A DNA stretch of 11,998 bases from a virus (Duplodnaviria > Heunggongvirae > Uroviricota > Caudoviricetes). The stretch lies in the IMG/VR virus record IMGVR_UViG_2548876935_000016; one strand, given 5' to 3'. This document shows, piece after piece, positions 8,914-11,998 of the stretch (its first letter is position 1; each line of letters opens with the position of its first letter). The notes beneath the pieces were generated by a model that was not told the DNA's origin, did no database searches, and worked only from the letters and a program-made list of their open reading frames with translations. The translations under genes were made by a program, and so were the position numbers.

Positions 8914-10086
8914 TTACGCGCTGACCTGGCTGGCGAAATTCACCAGGTACTGATCGGTGATGCGCTGACGCAGCATCAGGTTTTCAAGTGGCGGCACTGG
9001 CGTGTAGTCGTAGTCGATGGTGAGTTTTCCGGCTTTCAGCGTGTCTTTGTCGTTCACCGACTCATCCAGCCAGCAATCACCACCAATGAGATAGCCCTGA
9101 CTGACCAGGCTGCGCATTTTGGCGCGGATACCTTCGATAATGTCGCGGGCCAGCGACGGGTTAAGCGTTTTATCCACCGCCCACATGTGTGCTTCTGCCA
9201 TCGTGTCCATCAGCACCTGCGCCGTGCGGGTGTAGTTTTCGAAGGCAAAGAGCGGGTCATCACTCAGGCAGCGGGAACCCCAGAAGCGGAAACCGTCTTT
9301 ACGCACAAGCGTGGTGACGTCGTTCTGGTTCAGCAGACCTGCATCGGTTGCCGGGTCCTGCAGATCCCAGAACACATCTGCAGAAATTCCGGTGACACCG
9401 TTCACGCCCACGTTGGACAGGCTTTTGTGCCATCCGGTCTGCTCGTCAATTTTGGCGCGCAGACCAAGCGCACGGGCGGTGGCATATGCCGTTGCTTCGG
9501 CATTCAGCACCGTGTCCCAGCCAGTAAAGTCAGGCCAGATCAGCATCCCTTCGCGCTGGCTGAAGTTTTCGCGGTAAGTGATCGCCTCCTGCACTGTCTT
9601 GCAGCCATACGCTGACAGGTAAGCAAATCCACGCAGGCTTTGCGCCACGCTCAGCAACTCAGTAGCTACCGCCTTGGTGTCGTGGCCTGGCACGCCGAGA
9701 ATGCGCGGTTTAACGCCGAGCTGTGACTGGGCAGATAACAGGGCTTTCATACCTGTTTTTTTACCTTCAGCAGTCACTGCGCCGATGATATTGGTCGTGG
9801 TTTCGTCTTCCGTTTCACCCTGCGGCACACGCACAACAATGGTCACGGGTTTTGCCTGGTCAGCGATGGCATCCAGCGAACGGGCCAGAGTACCGGACTC
9901 ACCCGCTTTACCGCTGGCAGTCAGCACATCAGTGATCAGCACGGGTTTATTAAGAGGAAACATTTTTGCATCGGCATCATCGCCCGTGCAGACCATACCC
10001 ACGATGGCGGTGCTCACCGTGGTAATAGATCGGGTGCCTTCGTTGACTTCAACAACGCGCACCCCGTGGTGGTAATCCTGAGCCAT
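8914..10086 (-). CDS. FI: Contractile tail sheath protein
   Basis: 390-aa ORF, first gene of the FI-FII-E-T-U-D operon, with AGGAGG 9 nt upstream of the ATG. Sequence family and size match P2 FI. Confidence 0.92.
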   Translation of the reverse strand: MAQDYHHGVRVVEVNEGTRSITTVSTAIVGMVCTGDDADAKMFPLNKPVLITDVLTASGKAGESGTLARSLDAIADQAKPVTIVVRVPQGETEDETTTNIIGAVTAEGKKTGMKALLSAQSQLGVKPRILGVPGHDTKAVATELLSVAQSLRGFAYLSAYGCKTVQEAITYRENFSQREGMLIWPDFTGWDTVLNAEATAYATARALGLRAKIDEQTGWHKSLSNVGVNGVTGISADVFWDLQDPATDAGLLNQNDVTTLVRKDGFRFWGSRCLSDDPLFAFENYTRTAQVLMDTMAEAHMWAVDKTLNPSLARDIIEGIRAKMRSLVSQGYLIGGDCWLDESVNDKDTLKAGKLTIDYDYTPVPPLENLMLRQRITDQYLVNFASQVSA

Positions 10087-10162
10087 AGTGGCGAACCTCC
10101 TGATTGGATTAGGCTTCGCCCTATGTTGAAGTGATTGTGCCTGACAAACAGCTAAGCGCAGT

Positions 10163-10180
10163 TGTGTCGTTATTCACACA
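10163..10180 (-). promoter_or_regulatory. Candidate Ogr-dependent late promoter element (TGT-N12-ACA dyad) for the FI operon
   Basis: TGTGTCGTTATTCACACA fits the TGT-N12-ACA dyad I recall for P2/P4 late promoters, and the outer TTGTGT / ACACAA arms are perfect inverted repeats. The dyad centre is about 85 bp upstream of the FI ATG, consistent with a -55 activator site plus a short leader. No strong -35 is visible, as expected for an activator-dependent promoter. Confidence 0.5.
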
Positions 10181-10228
10181 AAATAACGGTATTTGTCTGC
10201 TTGCAGGGATAATCAACATAATGCTGAT

Positions 10229-10795
10229 TCAGGGGGATTCATTGATCTTATTTGCCGGAAATTTTCTATAAATGGTAGAAACGCCTACATCAAAAATCAG
10301 TGCAATACGCTGTCTTGATTCTCCGGCCTCGAGTAAACGCCCAATCTGTGCCCACTGTTCGGTGGTCAACTTAGGACGGCGTCCACCTACTCTGCCTTTG
10401 GTACGAGCTGCAGCCAGCCCTGCCCTGGTACGTTCAACTATCAGTTCGCGTTCCATTTCAGCCAGGGCACCCATGACATGAAAAAAGAAACGGCCCATTG
10501 GGGTACTGGTATCAATACTGTCAGTCAGGCTTCTGAAATTCACACCACGCTGGCGCAACTCTTCTATCAGCGTAACAAGATGCCGCATACTGCGCCCCAA
10601 CCTGTCCAGCTTCCAGACAACCAGCGTGTCTCCTGCCGATAGTATCCTGAGCAGTTTTTTCAGCCCCGGTCTGTCGGACTTAGTGCCACTGATTTTATCC
10701 TCAAAAATCCGCTCACATCCCGCGCAGTTCAGCGCATTGCGTTGCAAATCGGTGTTCTGGTCATTTGTTGACACGCGTACATAGCCAATAAGCAT
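10229..10795 (-). CDS. Serine site-specific DNA invertase (Gin/Cin/Pin/Hin family)
   Basis: 188-aa product MLIGYVRVSTNDQNTDLQRNAL... with the catalytic-serine N-terminal motif and a C-terminal helix-turn-helix, closely resembling Mu Gin as I recall it. The track start at 10801 gives MTM...; the ATG at 10795 has AAGGAGA at good spacing and matches the family N-terminus. Confidence 0.9.
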   Translation of the reverse strand: MLIGYVRVSTNDQNTDLQRNALNCAGCERIFEDKISGTKSDRPGLKKLLRILSAGDTLVVWKLDRLGRSMRHLVTLIEELRQRGVNFRSLTDSIDTSTPMGRFFFHVMGALAEMERELIVERTRAGLAAARTKGRVGGRRPKLTTEQWAQIGRLLEAGESRQRIALIFDVGVSTIYRKFPANKINESP

Positions 10796-10822
10796 GGTCA
10801 TCTCCTTGAATAAAAATCGGGG

Positions 10823-11317
10823 ATGATGCCAGTTAGTCGTAATCGCTGCATTTTCTTAAACGTTGGTTTGGGAGAAGGTGCTCCAGCTATTGGCGTTCCG
10901 TTCTTCTGGCCGTCCGCCGCAATGCCAAATACTGTAATCGACAGTTGGTCCAGTATGGTGTTTTTGAAGTTCAACGGCGCGAAATTCTCTGCCACTGATT
11001 ACCCTGTGCTGGCGAAAGTGTTTCCGGCGCTAGCATTACCTGACGCACGCGGTGAATTCCCACGCATCTGGGATGACGGGCGCGGTGTGGATGCTGGACG
11101 CACGTTATTAAGCTTTCAAAGTGACGACTTTAAGGCCCACGGTCATAACTTCGAATCCTGGCCCGACAGCGGCAATCCGGCATCAAAAGGGGGGGCTGTA
11201 GATGCTCGCGGCGGTAATGGAAATAGATACATCACATCGGGTGTGGTCAAGGAAACGGGAGGCACCGAAACCCGACCAAGAAACATAGCATTCAACTTTT
11301 TAGTAAGGGCGAAATAA
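10823..11317 (+). CDS. Tail fibre variable C-terminal cassette (Mu S / P1 S / Stf-like variable part), currently detached from its constant N-terminal part
   Basis: Open frame ending ...GGTETRPRNIAFNFLVRAK, with the LPDARGEFPRIWDDGRGVDAGR motif typical of invertible tail-fibre C-termini. There is no upstream tail-fibre body on this strand, the frame crosses the crossover site, and its stop overlaps the downstream tfa start (TAATG). The ATG at 10823 is probably not a real start. Confidence 0.75.
   Translation: MMPVSRNRCIFLNVGLGEGAPAIGVPFFWPSAAMPNTVIDSWSSMVFLKFNGAKFSATDYPVLAKVFPALALPDARGEFPRIWDDGRGVDAGRTLLSFQSDDFKAHGHNFESWPDSGNPASKGGAVDARGGNGNRYITSGVVKETGGTETRPRNIAFNFLVRAK
10851..10876. other. 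gix/cix/hix-like 26-bp inversion crossover site (left boundary of invertible tail-fibre segment)
   Basis: TTTTCTTAAACG-TT-GGTTTGGGAGAA: two imperfect inverted 12-bp half-sites around a 2-bp core, matching the TTnTCnnAAACC half-site pattern of Gin/Cin/Hin recombination sites. It lies about 55 bp from the invertase start and inside the tail-fibre reading frame, as gix lies inside Mu S. Confidence 0.6.
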
Positions 11318-11910
11318 TGACACCTGTTTTTGATGAAAATGGACTGGCTACAGTGCCTGGTGATATGCGTTGTTTTTATTATAATGCAGTAACGTATGAA
11401 TATATGGGCTGGTCTGATGAATATATTAATACTGGTGTAAGTATGCCCGCCTGCTCCACTGGTATTGACCCTGGCGAATACATTCCGGGAAGAGTGGCAG
11501 TATTTACGGGTAAGGGATGGAGCCATGAAGAAGACCATCGCAATGAGACCGTTTACTCAACTGAAAATGGCGCAGCTGTTACAGTGGATTATATCGGTGC
11601 CATCAAAGACGGTTATGTCACGCTTTCACCGTTAACGCCATACGATAAATGGGATGGTGAGAAATGGGTGACGGATACCGAGGCACAGCATAGCGCCGCA
11701 GTAGAAGCGGCAGAAGCACAGCGCCAGTCGCTGATTGATGCTGCAATGGCTTCCATCAGTCTGATTCAACTGAAATTACAGGCTGGGCGGAAGCTGACGC
11801 AGCCAGAAAACACCCGACTTAACGCTGTGCTGGATTACATTGACGCGGTGACGGCAACAGATACCAGCACAGCGCCGGACGTCATCTGGCCTGAACTGCC
11901 GGAGGCGTAG
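11317..11910 (+). CDS. Tail fibre assembly protein (Tfa / Mu U / P2 G family)
   Basis: 197-aa ORF translationally coupled to the fibre cassette. C-terminus ...TAPDVIWPELPEA resembles the conserved Tfa C-terminal motif. Confidence 0.88.
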   Translation: MTPVFDENGLATVPGDMRCFYYNAVTYEYMGWSDEYINTGVSMPACSTGIDPGEYIPGRVAVFTGKGWSHEEDHRNETVYSTENGAAVTVDYIGAIKDGYVTLSPLTPYDKWDGEKWVTDTEAQHSAAVEAAEAQRQSLIDAAMASISLIQLKLQAGRKLTQPENTRLNAVLDYIDAVTATDTSTAPDVIWPELPEA

Positions 11911-11998
11911 GCCATTCAATATCTGGCGCACCGGAAGTATCGACCAGTTCCAGTGCGTCCAGATAATCCAGCCACAAATTATATTGCGCCAGTTCCTC
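11882..11998 (-). CDS. Alternative tail fibre assembly protein (Tfa'), 3' end only; 5' part beyond window
   Basis: Hand translation of the minus strand gives ...EELAQYNLWLDYLDALELVDTSGAPDIEWPTPPAVQAR followed by TGA (11884-11882). It shares the ...APD(I/V)xWP..P C-terminal motif with the plus-strand Tfa, and the two genes converge with 3' ends overlapping by about 29 nt. Confidence 0.75.
   Translation of the reverse strand, partial: EELAQYNLWLDYLDALELVDTSGAPDIEWPTPPAVQAR

Larger units (their letters stand above)
2776..11998. mobile_element. P2-like (Peduovirus-type) prophage, ogr-proximal end and tail module; continues beyond the window end
   Basis: Collinear set of P2 late genes on the minus strand (FI, FII, E/E', T, U, D, ogr) plus an invertible tail-fibre module. 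The left boundary (att junction) lies somewhere in 2621-2855 and cannot be placed exactly without the other prophage end; 2776 is a provisional placement just after the ybjL terminator. Confidence 0.85.

Noticed and set aside
8302-8953. Plus-strand ORFs (194 aa, 98 aa) antisense to FII, and minus-strand 93-aa ORF in an alternative frame
   Set aside because: Embedded in the tail tube gene; no support beyond being open.
9187-10075. Plus-strand ORFs of 142, 88 and 133 aa antisense to the tail sheath gene FI
   Set aside because: Fully overlapped by FI, which has strong family resemblance and a good ribosome-binding site; considered frame artefacts.
11185-11195. A4G7 homopolymer run inside the tail-fibre variable cassette, considered as a slipped-strand phase-variation tract
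   Set aside because: Seven G is shorter than tracts that usually show appreciable slippage, it encodes Lys-Gly-Gly in a Gly-rich region, and the locus already has a dedicated inversion switch.
1-11998. CRISPR arrays, IS elements, rRNA/tRNA genes, toxin-antitoxin or defence cargo
   Set aside because: No regularly spaced direct repeats, no transposase-like ORFs with terminal inverted repeats, and no unassigned ORF of useful size remain after the core-gene and phage-tail assignments.

Overview
Enterobacterial (E. coli-like) chromosome running into the tail end of a P2-like prophage. Positions 1-2620 carry three core genes in the order grxA (+), ybjM (-), ybjL (+), i.e. the K-12 grxA-ybjM-ybjL neighbourhood in inverted orientation. 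About 115-235 bp past the ybjL stop the sequence becomes a P2-family prophage, read on the minus strand as the canonical late tail operon FI-FII-E/E'-T-U-D followed by ogr at the prophage end (2856-10086). Upstream of FI, where P2 itself carries Z/fun, sits a Gin/Cin/Pin/Hin-family serine DNA invertase (10229-10795, -). It is followed by a 26-bp gix/cix-like crossover site (10851-10876) embedded in a tail-fibre reading frame, then a tail-fibre variable C-terminal cassette plus tail-fibre assembly gene on the + strand, converging on a second assembly gene on the - strand that runs off the window. This is a Mu G-segment / P1 C-segment-like invertible host-range switch. Every ORF of meaningful size is accounted for by these assignments; I do not see a novel multi-gene system or defence cargo here, and the long ORFs antisense to the tail genes look like GC-bias artefacts. 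All homology statements come from recognising the translated proteins by eye and memory, with no database search run.
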